A stretch of 64,000 nucleotides of DNA from Octopus sinensis (taxonomy: Eukaryota): assembly GCF_006345805.1 (NCBI RefSeq), contig NC_042998.1:204724001-204788000 (forward strand), read 5' to 3'. Position numbers and translations under genes: made by a program. Positions 11,443 to 23,566 of this stretch are shown one piece after another. The notes under the pieces are model-generated. The model did no database searches. It saw nothing but the letters and a program-made list of their open reading frames with translations, and was not told the DNA's origin. Each line of letters begins with the position of its first letter. Positions within the stretch are counted from its first letter, which is position 1.

Positions 11443-13781
11443 TAATAATATAGGTTTCAAATTTTGGCAAAAGGCCAATAAGTTTTGGAGAAAGGAGCAA
11501 CACCACTATATTGACCCCAGTATTTGACTGGTATTTATTCTATTGAAAGTGAAAGGATGAAAGGCAAAATCAACCTTGGTGGAATTTGAACTCAGAACAT
11601 AAAGGACAAAATGCCAGTAAACATTTTGTCTGGCATGCTAATGATTCTGCCAGCTCACTGCCTCCTTAATAATAATTATAACGATGATGATGAAAGAATG
11701 AAAATAAGAGACAGCTGTCAAGGATGCTTGTCTTCTCTGCATCAATTGCGGAAACCATCATTGATGTCTTTCAAAGAATATCCTTGTTTTGTTTCTGTTT
11801 CCAGAATTGGTTTCTTTTATATTTGTTTTTTTGTTTTTTGTTTTCTTGTCATTTTCTGACAGAGAATAGCTTTATATTTATTAGGTCAGGAACCCAGAGA
11901 ATTATAAAGAAATCAATCTTTGAAGACGGATGTTCCAGCTGTTGTATACAAGCTGTTGAAAAGTTTTCTCTGTAAATAAATGTAAATAAATAAGCTGGAA
12001 GCTTTACTTCTTATTACAAACAAAAAGACAACAACTTATTTGGAGTGTATAAGTTTAGTTTCAGTGAAAGGTTTTTTTGCAATGAAAACTCAATAACAGA
12101 ACCAAACAAGTTGTGCCAGCATGGAACATGGATGATGATGAATCTAAATTCTCATTAAAGACAGCAAAAAAATATTAACAAATGTAAAAAGCATGTTTTT
12201 TCCATAAAGACAAAGAAGGAGGTTTCAATATTTCAAGCATGTAGCTCTTTGTCAAGAAAGTAGAAAATTGAGAGGAAAACATCATTGTATATATGCTATC
12301 AAGCAAAGATGGTTTGCAGATGGTAGGAGTGGACAGGCGTATCTTTTACTTGTTTCAGTCATTGGACTGCAGCCATGCTGGGATGTCACCTTGAACGTTT
12401 AATCAAATAAATCAACACCAGGACTATATTTTTTTTAAACCTGGTACTATTCTGTTAGTCTCTTTTGTTGAACCACTAAGTTATGGGTTGTCATGTGGGG
12501 GACAAATGGGTTGTCGTGTGGGGAGGGTAAACGCCAACACAAAGACACACACACACACACATATATACAACAGGCTTCTTTCAGTTTCTATGTATCAAAT
12601 TCATTAACAAGGCTTTGGTCAGTCTGAGGCTATAGTAAGAGACCCTTGCCTAAGGTGCTATACAATGGGACTGAACCTAGAACCTTTTGGTTGGGAAGCA
12701 AATTTCTTAACCCCACAGCCATGCTTGTACCTCTCTTTGTTTTCTGACCGAATGCAACATGCAGCAATTGATGATGCATCAAAGCCAACACTTCTTCAGT
12801 TCTGCATTCATCATCATCATCGTTTAACGTCCATTTTCCATGCTGGCATGGGTTGGATGGTTCGACCGGGGTCTGGGAAGCCAAGAGGCTGCACCAGGCT
12901 CCAGTCTGAAACACTGCCAGATTAGACTGGAGCCTGGTGCAGCCTCCTGGCTTCCAGACCCCGGTTGAACCATCCAACCCATGCCAGCATGGAAAACGGA
13001 CGTTAAACGATGATGATGTATTATTTCATGTATTTTTTGTTTAATGAAGAATTACTGACTCTCAAAGCAGCCATTTGTGCCAAGATCGGCATCTTTTATA
13101 AAATGAATATACCTATGAGGCTGGTCTGGTTAGACTTGCTCTAAGACCAGACATCAGTGAGATCAAAACCATTAGTGGTGGTATCGTTTAACCACGGGCA
13201 AGCTATGATTGAGCGGACCATCTTCTATTATAATAAAAGAGGTCTGACCATGGCCATCCCATCTTATCTGAGACAGGACAAGACCAAAGAGAAGAGGCGG
13301 GGGTCTGAAAAACAGACAGTCAATGATGAGGTTACATATTGTGTGACAAAAGAACTCTGACATAACTAATAATAATAATAATATAATAAAAAAGAAGATG
13401 AAATGATATCATACATAACTGCTGTGTTAATAATAAAGAATAATAATAAAAGAATTATAGGCAAAAAGGTGGAGGCTCTTCTCACTCTTTGAATAAAAGA
13501 TTTTTCCACAAGATGAAAGAAACGATTATCTCACCCTGAGCAGCAACTCCTTCGTTCTCTGTTTCTCCTATCACAGAATATACAGATTCCAGTAAGACTA
13601 TCATGAATAATAATAATAATAATAAAAGCTAAAGTGAAGATCAAATAACTGGTGTGTGTGTGTTTATTGGCAAAATGGCCATCTGCAAATGTAACACATA
13701 TATATATATATATATAATGAAAATAGTAATGCAATACGAGAGTATCGCTTTCTAGTAAAGGATAGCCCGTGAGGGTAAAAT

Positions 13782-13913
13782 TATACATAAAAGTAAATAA
13801 ATGCTACAACGAAGCACCGATATTTACTGGAAAATAGCGTCGTATTTATTACATTCGCTATTTTCCAGTAAATATCGGTGCTTCGTTGTACCATTTATTT
13901 ACTTTTATATATA
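13782..13913. repeat. near-perfect inverted repeat (58-bp arms, 16-nt loop)
   Basis: arms 13782-13839 and 13856-13913, 2 mismatches. Confidence 0.9.
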
Positions 13914-14091
13914 TCATCATCATCATCATCATCATTTAACGTCCGCTCTCCATGCTAGCATGGGTTGGATGGTTCAACTGGTGTCTGGGGAGCCCGAAGG
14001 CTGCACCAGGCCAGTCAGATCTGGCAGTGTTTCTACAGCTGGATGCCCTTCCTAACGCCAACCACTCCGAGAGTGTAGTGGGTGATTTTAT

Positions 14092-14478
14092 GTGCCACCG
14101 ACACAGGTGCCAGACGAGGCTGGCGAACGGCCACGCTCGGATGGTGTTTTTATGTGCCACCGACACAGGTGCCAGACAAGGCTGGCAGACAACCACGCTC
14201 GGATGGTGTTTTTATGTGCCACCGACACAGGTGCCAGACGAGGCTGGCGAACGGCCACGCTCGGATGGTGTTTTTATGTGCCACCGACACAGGTGCCAGA
14301 CAAGGCTGGCAGACGACCACGCTCGGATGGTGTTTTTTATGTGCCACCGACACAGGTACCAGACGAGGCTGGCGAACGGCCATGCTCGGATGGTGTTTTT
14401 ATGTGCCACCGACACAGGTGCCAGACAAGGCTGGCAGACGACCACGCTCGGATGGTGTTTTTATGTGCCACCGACACA
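14092..14478 (-). repeat. 62-bp VNTR in an RTE 3' end (about 6.3 units, alternating A/B)
   Basis: GTGCCACCGACACAGG at 14092, 14154, 14216, 14278, 14341, 14403, 14465. Confidence 0.9.
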
Positions 14479-14677
14479 TAGATAGATAGGTAGCTATGTA
14501 GGTAGATAGATAGATAAAGACAAGCAATGGTCTGCATAGCACTATTCAAATGGTAGAACAAAAACCATATGAAAAAGGGTGATATTTTCTGTGTCACATT
14601 GTAGTGTAACATTTGTAGAATTATGATGCCGAGATAGAGTGGGATAGAATATATATATATATATATGTGTGTGTATA

Positions 14678-14825
14678 TAGTAGCCTGCGCTATTAACCAT
14701 ACGCCATATGCCCTAAAATTCACTCCATAATTGCCCACAGGCAAATGGCGTAGTGGTTAAGAGTGCGGACTACTAACCCCAAGATTCCAAGTTCGATTCC
14801 AAGCAGTGACCTGAATAATAATAAA
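14678..14825. mobile_element. truncated second copy of the head-to-head tRNA-like junction
   Basis: identical spacer CTAAAATTCACTCCATAATTGCCCACA between two divergent tRNA-like heads. Confidence 0.8.
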
Positions 14826-14912
14826 ACAACTGAATGGTGCAAGGATAAAACACAAGGCAACACTGGCCTGTTTCTGTCTGTCTCTCTTTCTCTCTGAACA
14901 CTCACATTATAA

Positions 14913-14943
<31 letters not shown>

Positions 14944-15195
14944 CATTTAGAAAAACAAGACTGACCTGTTTCTCTCTCTCTCTCTTTGAACACACATCAC
15001 CACCACCCACCACCATCATCATCATCATCATCATAAGGACTAACCTCTCTCTCTCTCTCTCTCTCTCTTTGAACACATCACCACCACCATCATCATCATA
15101 AGGACTAACCTCTTTCTTTCTCTCTCTCTCTCTCTGGACAGACACACTCACAAGCAACCACCAACACCACAACCACTGTCACGGTCACCTTCACC

Positions 15196-15253
<58 letters not shown>

Positions 15254-16004
15254 GTCAAAGCAATAAGAAAAATTCAGAAGATGAAAGGCCTTGCTCCATT
15301 CAACGAGCATCGATGAAACTACGGCAACCAAAACATTACACACAAAGTTATTTGTTTAAGCTAATCAATAAAATAGATATTGATAAATGGCAATATTTGC
15401 TGAAGAAGAAGAAGAAGAAGAAGAAATGTATAGTTTGTCATAATAGCTGTGCAGGGGGGGGGGGAACCAACAGAAACTAGATTTTCCAGCTGTTTTATTT
15501 GATGGTTGTGGAATTGCAGAAGACAGCCAACCTGTTGAGAGCAGTGGTGGGCCAGGGTGGGTTTATTAAATACTGGTTTGACACAACTAGTAAAGCCATG
15601 ATGGCACCAGATTGAAAATGGTGAGCGGCCAAAACTATGCTTCTTGCTCACAACCCCTCTCTCTCCACCACACACATTCTCTCTCAGTCTCTCTCTCTCT
15701 CTCTCTCACACATGCACACTCTTTCTCTTTCTCACACATAACATACATACTCCCCCCCCCACAAACCCACTTCCACACATGTAAACACATACATACACAC
15801 ACACTTCTGCACTTATGTAGGCACACACACACACACACACACACACCAATGTTAATACATTAACATTTGTTTATTCGTTTCAGTCATTTGACTGTGGCCA
15901 TTCACCCCAGTACATGACTGGTAAATTATCAACCAAAAAGGGTTGAAAGACAAAGTCCTTGTAGGATCTGAACTCAGAGCACAAAAGGTTGAAACAAATA
16001 CTGC

Positions 16005-16057
<53 letters not shown>

Positions 16058-16151
16058 CAACAACAATGATAATGATAATAATAATAATAATAATTAAAAA
16101 AATAATAAAAATAATAATAATGATAATAATAATAATAATAATAACAACAGC

Positions 16152-16189
<38 letters not shown>

Positions 16190-16203
16190 TGATGATGATG
16201 ATG

Positions 16204-16243
<40 letters not shown>

Positions 16244-16263
16244 TAATAAAAATAATAATAATG

Positions 16264-16294
<31 letters not shown>

Positions 16295-16338
16295 CAGCAA
16301 TAATAATAATAATAATAATAATAATGATGATGATGATG

Positions 16339-16386
<48 letters not shown>

Positions 16387-16396
16387 TAATAATAAT
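16005..16396. repeat. (AAT)n microsatellite with GAT/AAC interruptions
   Basis: direct reading; internal blocks recur. Confidence 0.95.
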
Positions 16397-16426
16397 GGAA
16401 GCATTTAAACAATTGCATTCAATGAA

Positions 16427-16432
16427 TTTAAT
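16427..16432 (-). terminator. candidate polyadenylation signal ATTAAA for CCDC96
   Basis: ATTAAA on minus strand about 35 nt after the stop, just before the (AAT)n array. Confidence 0.35.
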
Positions 16433-16467
16433 GTAAAGCTGTCACAAACTCCATTGGAATATGTTGT

Positions 16468-16719
16468 CTACAACAAACTTTTCTGATGTTCGGCTGCTGC
16501 TATTTTCTTCTGTAATTTCTGTGAATTCATGTTGAATTCTGTGTATCGTAGTTTGAGATTCTCCACTTCTTGGAGCAGTTGTTCACTCTCGTCCTTCTGC
16601 ACTTCAAAGTTATATAACAAGGTTTTGTTGTTCAACAGGCCACAGCTGCGTTGTAGTGCCTGGTTATCATTTCTCAAATAGTCTCGGCCTTGTTTCGTGT
16701 TGTTCAACCGGTCCCTCTT
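16468..16719 (-). CDS. CCDC96: CCDC96 last coding exon 12 (KRDRLNNTKQGRDYLRNDNQALQRSCGLL...KSLL*)
   Basis: tttacag acceptor, 252 nt ending in TAG; TKQxRDxLRxDN...CGLL motif. Confidence 0.92.
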   Translation of the reverse strand, partial: KRDRLNNTKQGRDYLRNDNQALQRSCGLLNNKTLLYNFEVQKDESEQLLQEVENLKLRYTEFNMNSQKLQKKIAAAEHQKSLL

Positions 16720-18214
16720 CTGTAAAGGTCAACAAGTTTGCAACTCATTACACATACATCAATACAGACATGGTTATATACATTTTCAAGTATACATACA
16801 GATGCACCCCAGGCACTTATATACAAGGGTGCAAAGAGCACCATACGAGCGTGATCATTGACAGAGCAGCTAACCGGTTTCCGTGCCAGTGGTACTTAAA
16901 AGGCACCATTCGAGCGTGATCATTGCCAGAGCAGCCAACTGGCTTATGTGCCAGTGACACGTAAAAGGGCACCATTCGAGCATGATCGTTACCAACATTG
17001 CCTTACTGGCACCTGTGCTGGTGGCATATGTAAAAGATTCGAGCGAGGTCATTGCCTGTACCACCTGTCTGGCCCCTGTGCCAGTGGCACGTAAAAGCAC
17101 CCACTACACTCTTGGAGTGGTTGGTGTTAGGAGGGCATCCAGCTGTAGAAACTCTGCCAGATCAAGACTGGAGCCTGGGGCAGCCTTCTGGTTCACCAGC
17201 CCTCAGTCAATCGTCCAACCCATGCTAGCATGGAAAGTGGACGTTAAATGATGATGATGATGACATGAGTATACACTTAGCACACATATACATCCATAGA
17301 CACAGACCAGGCATGTATGTGCTTCCATAGACACAGGTACACACCAAACACTTATGTACATCCATACACATGAATACAGACAAGGCACTCCCGTATACCC
17401 CCCCATAAACATACATAGTGGTATATACCAGGTATTTATGGGTGTACAATGGATGTCGCGGGGTCAGAGGCTGGTCGACACAGGAATGGTAAACAGAAAG
17501 AACACCAGAACAATGATGTCTTTCAAGTGTTTGGAAGATTCTTCTGAAGATGCTGATAGTTATTCTTACCTGGGTGACTTAATTAGCAAAGGAGGTGGAT
17601 GTCCCTCATTGAAAACATAGTTAACAAACTGGAAAAAGTGTAGGGAACTGTTATCTCTGTTGGCAACAAGGGGCTACCCTCTTCATGTGAAAAGTATGAT
17701 GCTTGGGCATGAAGTGTGATGTTGCATAGTAAACAAATATGTACCTCCCCATGGTACCAATTTTGTATAGAAAGAAGTGATGCTTAACATTGTTGGTGAA
17801 GCTGGGCACATAACCAGTTGACAGCAAATAGTCAGGTGACTGTTGTCATTGAAGAGGCTGTTGGGGTTGAGGTGATGGCGTTTGTGGTGTAGGTGTTGGT
17901 GGTAGTAGTGGTGATAGTACTCTTGGTGGTGGTATTAGTGATAGTGGTATAGGTGAGTGTAGAGGTGGTAGTAGTGTTGTTGTTGGCAGTGACAGAGGTG
18001 GTAATAGTTGTGAGAGTAGTTGTGGTGGTTGCCATAGCAACAGTATGGTCCTGATGACAGAAACAGAAGGAATCAGAGAAACAAAACCAAAGATTCCCAA
18101 ATGGAACTGGAGCAGGAACACGTGACTTGGAAATCCAACCCATATCGTTATGTCTGATGCAAAAGAACAACTCAAGAATATGATTGTAATTCACTAGAAT
18201 ATTACCAAAGTCAT

Positions 18215-18950
18215 ATGGCAAGAATGGATGAGGATAGCTGTGTGAAAAAGTGCCACACCCTAGCGGTTGAGGGAACCTGTGGAAGAGGTAGAGCCAGGAA
18301 GACTTGGGATGAAGTGGTGAAGCACGACCTTCAAACATTAGGCCTCACCAAGGAAATGACTAGTGACTGAGACTTTTGGAAATATGCTGTGCTCGAGAAG
18401 ACCCAGCAAGCCAGATGAAACCACAACCTGTGGCCTATGCCAGGAGCATAACCAGCCTGCTTACGTGTAGCTTTTCCTCCTTTGGTCACTAAACTTTGCT
18501 TGGGAAGACCTGTTGAGGCAAGTGAAATCAAAATCAAATTCGATGACTGGCATCTGTGCTAGCGGGGTGCAAAGAGTATCATACGAGTGTGATCATTGAC
18601 AGAGTGGATAATTGGCTTCCGTGCCAGTGGCACATAAAAGGGCACCATTCGAGTGCGATCGTTACCGGCGTTGCCTTACTGACACCTGTGCCGGTGGCAT
18701 GTGTAAAAAGATTCGAGCGAGGTCATTGCCAGTACCGCCTGACTGGCCCCCATGCCGGTGGCACGTAAAAAGCACCCACTACACTCTCGGAGTGGTTGGC
18801 GTTAGGAAGGGCATCCAGCTGTAGAAACTCTGCCAGATCAAGATTGGAGTCTGGTGCAGCCATCTGGTTTGCTAGCCCTCAGTCAAAATCGCCCAACCCA
18901 TGCTAGCATGGAAAGCGGACATTAAACGATGATGATGATGATGATGATGA
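18215..18950 (+). mobile_element. RTE LINE 3' fragment
   Basis: same 3' ORF end, UTR and (GAT)n tail as 39300-40401. Confidence 0.8.
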
Positions 18951-19287
18951 AAAAATCTGACTCTTTAAGAGTTTGTGTGGAACCAGATCTAACAACAATT
19001 TCATCTTTGGCTTTTTACTGAGCATGGCCACCACCTTATATTCAGATGGTGGATGGTAGACATCAGACCAGACACAAAAGACGACAGAGCGCCACCAAAC
19101 ACAAAAACAGCAGACGCAATGACCAGCCAACATTTTGGCAACTACCAATATCATATTCACTCCAAGAACAATGAACTTCAAGCCATCCCAGCATTTGTCA
19201 TTCATAGAATGATCAGCAGTTTTTGTTTACAATAAAAATATAAAAATGTTTTTCAAAAATCGCAAAGAGACCCATTGATTTCCTTAC

Positions 19288-19425
19288 CTGGACAACGGCC
19301 AGCTCCACTTTATTTAGTTCCTCCCCCAACATTTTATTCTCCAACTTCATAAACTGTAATTTCTCTTTCAAATGGGTCAACACCTCCACAGTGCTTTTGA
19401 TTTTTTTCTTTAATTTTTGTAGTTC
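19288..19425 (-). CDS. CCDC96: CCDC96 exon 11 (ELQKLKKKIKSTVEVLTHLKEKLQFMKLEN...AVVQ)
   Basis: tttcag acceptor, gtaagg donor, 138 nt; THxKEKLxF motif. Confidence 0.93.
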
Positions 19426-19906
19426 CTGAAAGACAGAAAAATGGGAGAAAAAATACTTTGGCATTTCCAGGGCTTTATTCCTTCCTGACTTTATGCTAAT
19501 TACCACACACACACAGTTAAATAGCAAGGAACTGTCTGAGATTAATCAGAATCCACCAGCTGTTTAACAAACTCTTTCTTCTCCTCTCCTGACTCACTCC
19601 ATAACTCGAGGATCCAGGATCTATCCCTGGCATCTCATTGCCGCTATTTTCCACCTCAATCACTCTGACCCTCTTTTATGAAGCTGTTAAAAATAGCAGA
19701 TTTTTACTGGCTTAAATAAGTATGGAACATATGAGAAAACATTGATTGTCCAGTGTCCCCTAAGGGTCCAGTCCCCTAAGGGTCCAGTCCTCTAAGGAAA
19801 TTGGATGGTCTTGACTGAAATAACTTTCACTTCTATATTTAAGAGATGAGGAATTATTTACATTATTTCCATTTGACGGATATTTGTCCTCATCTTGTTT
19901 GTTGTT

Positions 19907-19952
19907 AACACAACGTTTCGGCTGATATACCCTCCAGCCTTCATCAGGTGTC
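19907..19952 (-). ncRNA. minimal type I hammerhead ribozyme within a tRNA-headed SINE
   Basis: GACAC-CUGAUGA-A-GGCUG gagggu auau CAGCC-GAAAC-GUU-GUGUU; helix III reduced to ACGU palindrome. Confidence 0.75.
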
Positions 19953-20297
19953 TTGGGGAAATTTCGAACTTGGGTTCTCATTCCTAAAGTATTTTTCGAT
20001 GTTGTTGTTGTTGTTATTATTATTATTATTATTATTATCATTCAGATCACTGCTTGGAATTGAACTTGGAATTTTGGGGTTAGTAGCCTGCACTATTAAC
20101 CATACGCCATATGCCCTAAAATTCACTCCATAATTGCCCACAGGCAAATGGCGTAGTGGTTAAGAGTGCGGGCTACTAACCCCAAGATTCCAAGTTCAAT
20201 TCCAAGCAGTGACCTGAATAATAATAATAATAATAACAATAACAACAACATCAAAAAATACTTTAGGAATGAGAACCCAGGTTTGAAATTTCCCCAA

Positions 20298-20340
20298 GAC
20301 ACCTGATGAAGACTGGAGAGTATATCAGCCGAAACGTGTC
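20298..20340 (+). ncRNA. degenerate hammerhead in the sister SINE copy
   Basis: GACAC-CUGAUGA-A-GACUG...CAGCC-GAAAC-GUGUC; lacks the 3-nt GUU cleavage triplet, helix II has one mismatch. Confidence 0.55.
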
Positions 20341-20534
20341 AACAAACAAAGAAGATGAGGACAAATATCCATCAAATGGAAATAATGTATATAATGAAAT
20401 AACTTTGGTTGTAGATAATGAATCTTTTGCTCCCTGCCCAGAATATTTGAGGGGAGGGGCGGATGGTCAAAGAATAGGAAATCTTTTGTTGAAGAAAAGA
20501 AAATAAACAATTTTTTGTTAAGTAATCCTTAAGG

Positions 20535-20535
20535 A

Positions 20536-20580
<45 letters not shown>

Positions 20581-20657
20581 TGGTAGTGGTGGTGGTGGTG
20601 GTAGTAAGTAGTAGTAGTAGTAGTATTAGTAGTAGTAGTATAGTAGTAGTAGTAGTA
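20535..20657. repeat. (AGT)n microsatellite abutting CCDC96 exon 10 donor
   Basis: direct reading. Confidence 0.9.
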
Positions 20658-20664
20658 TATTTAC

Positions 20665-20757
20665 CTCATTCCTTTCTTCAATTTTTTCGTTATATGTTTG
20701 ATTTTCAATTTTCAGTTGTTCAAAATCAATCAAATGCAAACCTTCAGCAAGTTCCTC
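20665..20757 (-). CDS. CCDC96: CCDC96 exon 10, DUF4201 core (EELAEGLHLIDFEQLKIENQTYNEKIEERNE)
   Basis: IDFEQLKIENQTxNEKIEERNE is the recognisable CCDC96 signature (CCDC113 has DFQQLKIEN); ag/gtaaat, 93 nt. Confidence 0.95.
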
Positions 20758-22085
20758 CTACCAACCGTCATAATACACAGAGATAACACAAATAAGCCCA
20801 TTTAAAAAAAAAAAATTCTTCAATATGTAACATTGGTGAAGCAACTATCTAAATATTTACAAAGTGAAAACGGAAATTAAATAATAATTCATTTAAGTCA
20901 CAGTTTCTGTACAACAATCTCGTTAATTATAGATTTATAACAGACCTGGTTTGATTGGGGAGTTTAGCTGATTCCATTAACCCCAAAATTTGAATTGTGC
21001 CTTATCTTGCCGACCCCCCAACCCCACCCATCCACCACCAAAAGAATAAAAGGCAAAGTTGACCATGGCAGGATTGAAATTCAAATGTCATCATCATCAT
21101 TGTTTAACATCCGTTTTCCATGCTAGCACGGGTTGGACGGTCCGACCGGGGTCTTGGAAGCCATGGAGGCTGCACCAGGCTCCAGTCTGATCTGGCAGTG
21201 TTTCTACAGCTGGATGCCCTTCCTAACGCCAACCACTCTGTGAGTGTAGTGGGTGCTTTTTACGTGCCACCAGCACAGGTGCCATCCGAGGCTGGCAATG
21301 GCCACGATCGGTTGGTGCTTTTTATGTGCCAATGTAAACAATCAAAAGAAACATTAGAAGACATTTTTTTCCAATCTTCTGAAAAACCATAAACACGCCA
21401 CCACTGATTGTCAACCAGTGGTGGAGGACAAACATATATACACACATGCATATATATATATGACAGGCTTCTTTCAGTCTCCGCCTACTAAATCCACTCA
21501 CAAGTCTTTGACTGGCTCATGGTCATAGAAGAAGACACTTGCCCAAGATGCCATGCAGTGGGACTGAAACCAGATCCATGTACTTGGGAAGCAAACTTCT
21601 TGCCACACAGTCAGATATACTAAGATCAAACTTCTTATATTTGCTTTTATTCTTTTACTTGTTCCTACTCCTAGGTTGTGGCCATGCTGGAGTACTGCCA
21701 TATATTTGTGTACAATCTGCAATAATAATTTAGCAACATCATGCATGGGTTGCTGCCAGAGCCGCCCGGATGATTCCCCATACCGGTGGCACGTAAAAAG
21801 CACCTTCTGAACGTGGCCGATGTCAGTGCCGTTGACTGGCTCCCATGCTAGTAGCACGTAAAAAGCACACACTACAATCTCAGAGTGGTTGGCGTCAGGA
21901 AGGGCATCCAACTATAGAAACACTGCCAGAACACACCATTGGAGCCTAGTGCGGTTCTCAGCCTGGCCAGCTCCTGTCAAACCATCCAACCCATGCCAGC
22001 ATGGAAGGCAGACAGTAAATGATGATAAGATGATTATATATCATCATCATCGTTTAACGTCTGCTTTCCATGCTAGCATGGGGTT

Positions 22086-22135
<50 letters not shown>

Positions 22136-23231
22136 TCGAGCGAGGTCATTGCCAGTAACGCCCGTCTGGCCCCTGTGCCGGTGGCACATGAAAAGCACCC
22201 ACTACACTCTCGGAGTGGTTGGCATTAGGAAGGGCATCCAGCTGTAGAAACTCTGCCAAATCAAGATTGGAGCCTGGTGCAGCCATCTGGTTTGCTAGCC
22301 CTCAGTCAAACCGTCCAACCCATGCTAGCATGGAAAGCGGACGTTAAACATTGATGATGATGATATATATATGTATACACATATTTCCTGTGCTGGTGGC
22401 ACATAAAATGCACTCACTACACTCCCAGAGTGGTTGGCGTTAGGAAAGGCATCCTGCTGTAGAAATACTGCCAGATCAGACTGGAGCCTAGTGCAGCCTA
22501 CTAGCCTGTCAGTCCTCAGTCAAACCGTCCAACCCATGCCAGCATGGAAAATGGATGTTAAACGATGATGATGATCAAACTGAACTCCTGAAACAATTGT
22601 ATAAGTCCCTTCCTTCTCCTTCTCAAGCCATCTCTGGCTCATAAGGGCCGGTTTCCCGGTTTCCTTGGCGTATAGGTTCCCCACCTGGATGGGATGCTGG
22701 TCCATCACAGGTGAGCTGTAAGATGCAGGAGGAAAGAGTGAGAGAAAGTTGTGGCGAAAGAGTCAGCAGAAGTTCGCCATTACCTTCTGCCGGAGCTGCA
22801 TGGAGCTTAGGTGTTTCGCTCATAAACACACACATCGCCCAGTCTGAGATTTGAACTCGCGATCCCTCGACCACGAGTCCACTGCTCTAACCACTAGGCC
22901 ATGAGCCTCCACAATTGTACAAGAGAAGACCAACTCCCAACTTTTGCTTTAATTTCCATTGTGTCTAGCAAGAATGCTTCCACCAATATTTTCAATTCTT
23001 CACTTGATAGCTTAGTCCCAAGAGGAAGGGCAATGCCCCTGACAATTTGGCTGGCAGAAGGGCAATTTGGAAAATTGGACGAGGAAAAAGGCAGATCCTT
23101 TGATGCTTTGGCAGGAAGAAGAGCAACGTCTCTGAAAATTTGGTGGAGAGAAAGGCAACGGTCCTGACAGTTTGGCTGGGAAACCATTTCTCTTTTACTC
23201 CCTTCTTTTCAACCATTTCTACCAAACTTAC

Positions 23232-23351
23232 CGTAGATTTCAACTGTTGTTCCTTTTTCTTCAATTTGTTCTTCAGTTTTATATTTTCCAACCGAATACT
23301 TGAAACCTCAGTTTGTCTCTTCTTCTCTGCTTGCAAATAGTGTTCAACATC
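23232..23351 (-). CDS. CCDC96: CCDC96 exon 9 (DVEHYLQAEKKRQTEVSSIRLENIKLKNKLKKKEQQLKST)
   Basis: cttttccag acceptor, gtaagt donor, 120 nt, phase 0 to 0; RLENIKLKNKL motif. Confidence 0.92.
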
Positions 23352-23566
23352 CTGGAAAAGAACACTGACTGTGTAAGTTATATCATTTCTAAGTAATATA
23401 CATGTTACAATACATGTAACTCAGTGAATTACCGCTATCATGCTATTAAACTAATGCAATACCCACTAGCTTTTAAATTCAATGAATATATTATAACCCT
23501 TTTGATGCCAACCTGCTTCAGATCACCTTTGGTTCTACAACCTGTTTTGAAATCATCTAAATTAAA

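Larger units (their letters stand above)
19850..20395. mobile_element. head-to-head pair of tRNA-headed, hammerhead-bearing SINE-like elements
   Basis: left copy on minus (head starts 20115), right copy on plus (head starts 20143); each has A box TGGCGTA(G)TGG, B box GTTCAATTCC, (AAT/AAC)n, then hammerhead tail. Confidence 0.8.

Noticed and set aside
14092-14478. CRISPR-like regular repeats (also 30860-31110, 39603-40225)
   Set aside because: Eukaryotic context, no unique spacers, no cas genes; they are the VNTR in the RTE LINE 3' UTR. The 130-217 aa ORFs over them are repeat translations
15852-16418. Poly-Ile/Tyr/Leu ORFs
   Set aside because: Translation of the (AAT)n microsatellite
20143-20215. 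Possible genuine tRNA genes (this and other A/B-box sequences)
   Set aside because: No acceptor-stem pairing, broken T stem, each followed by repeat body; these are SINE heads
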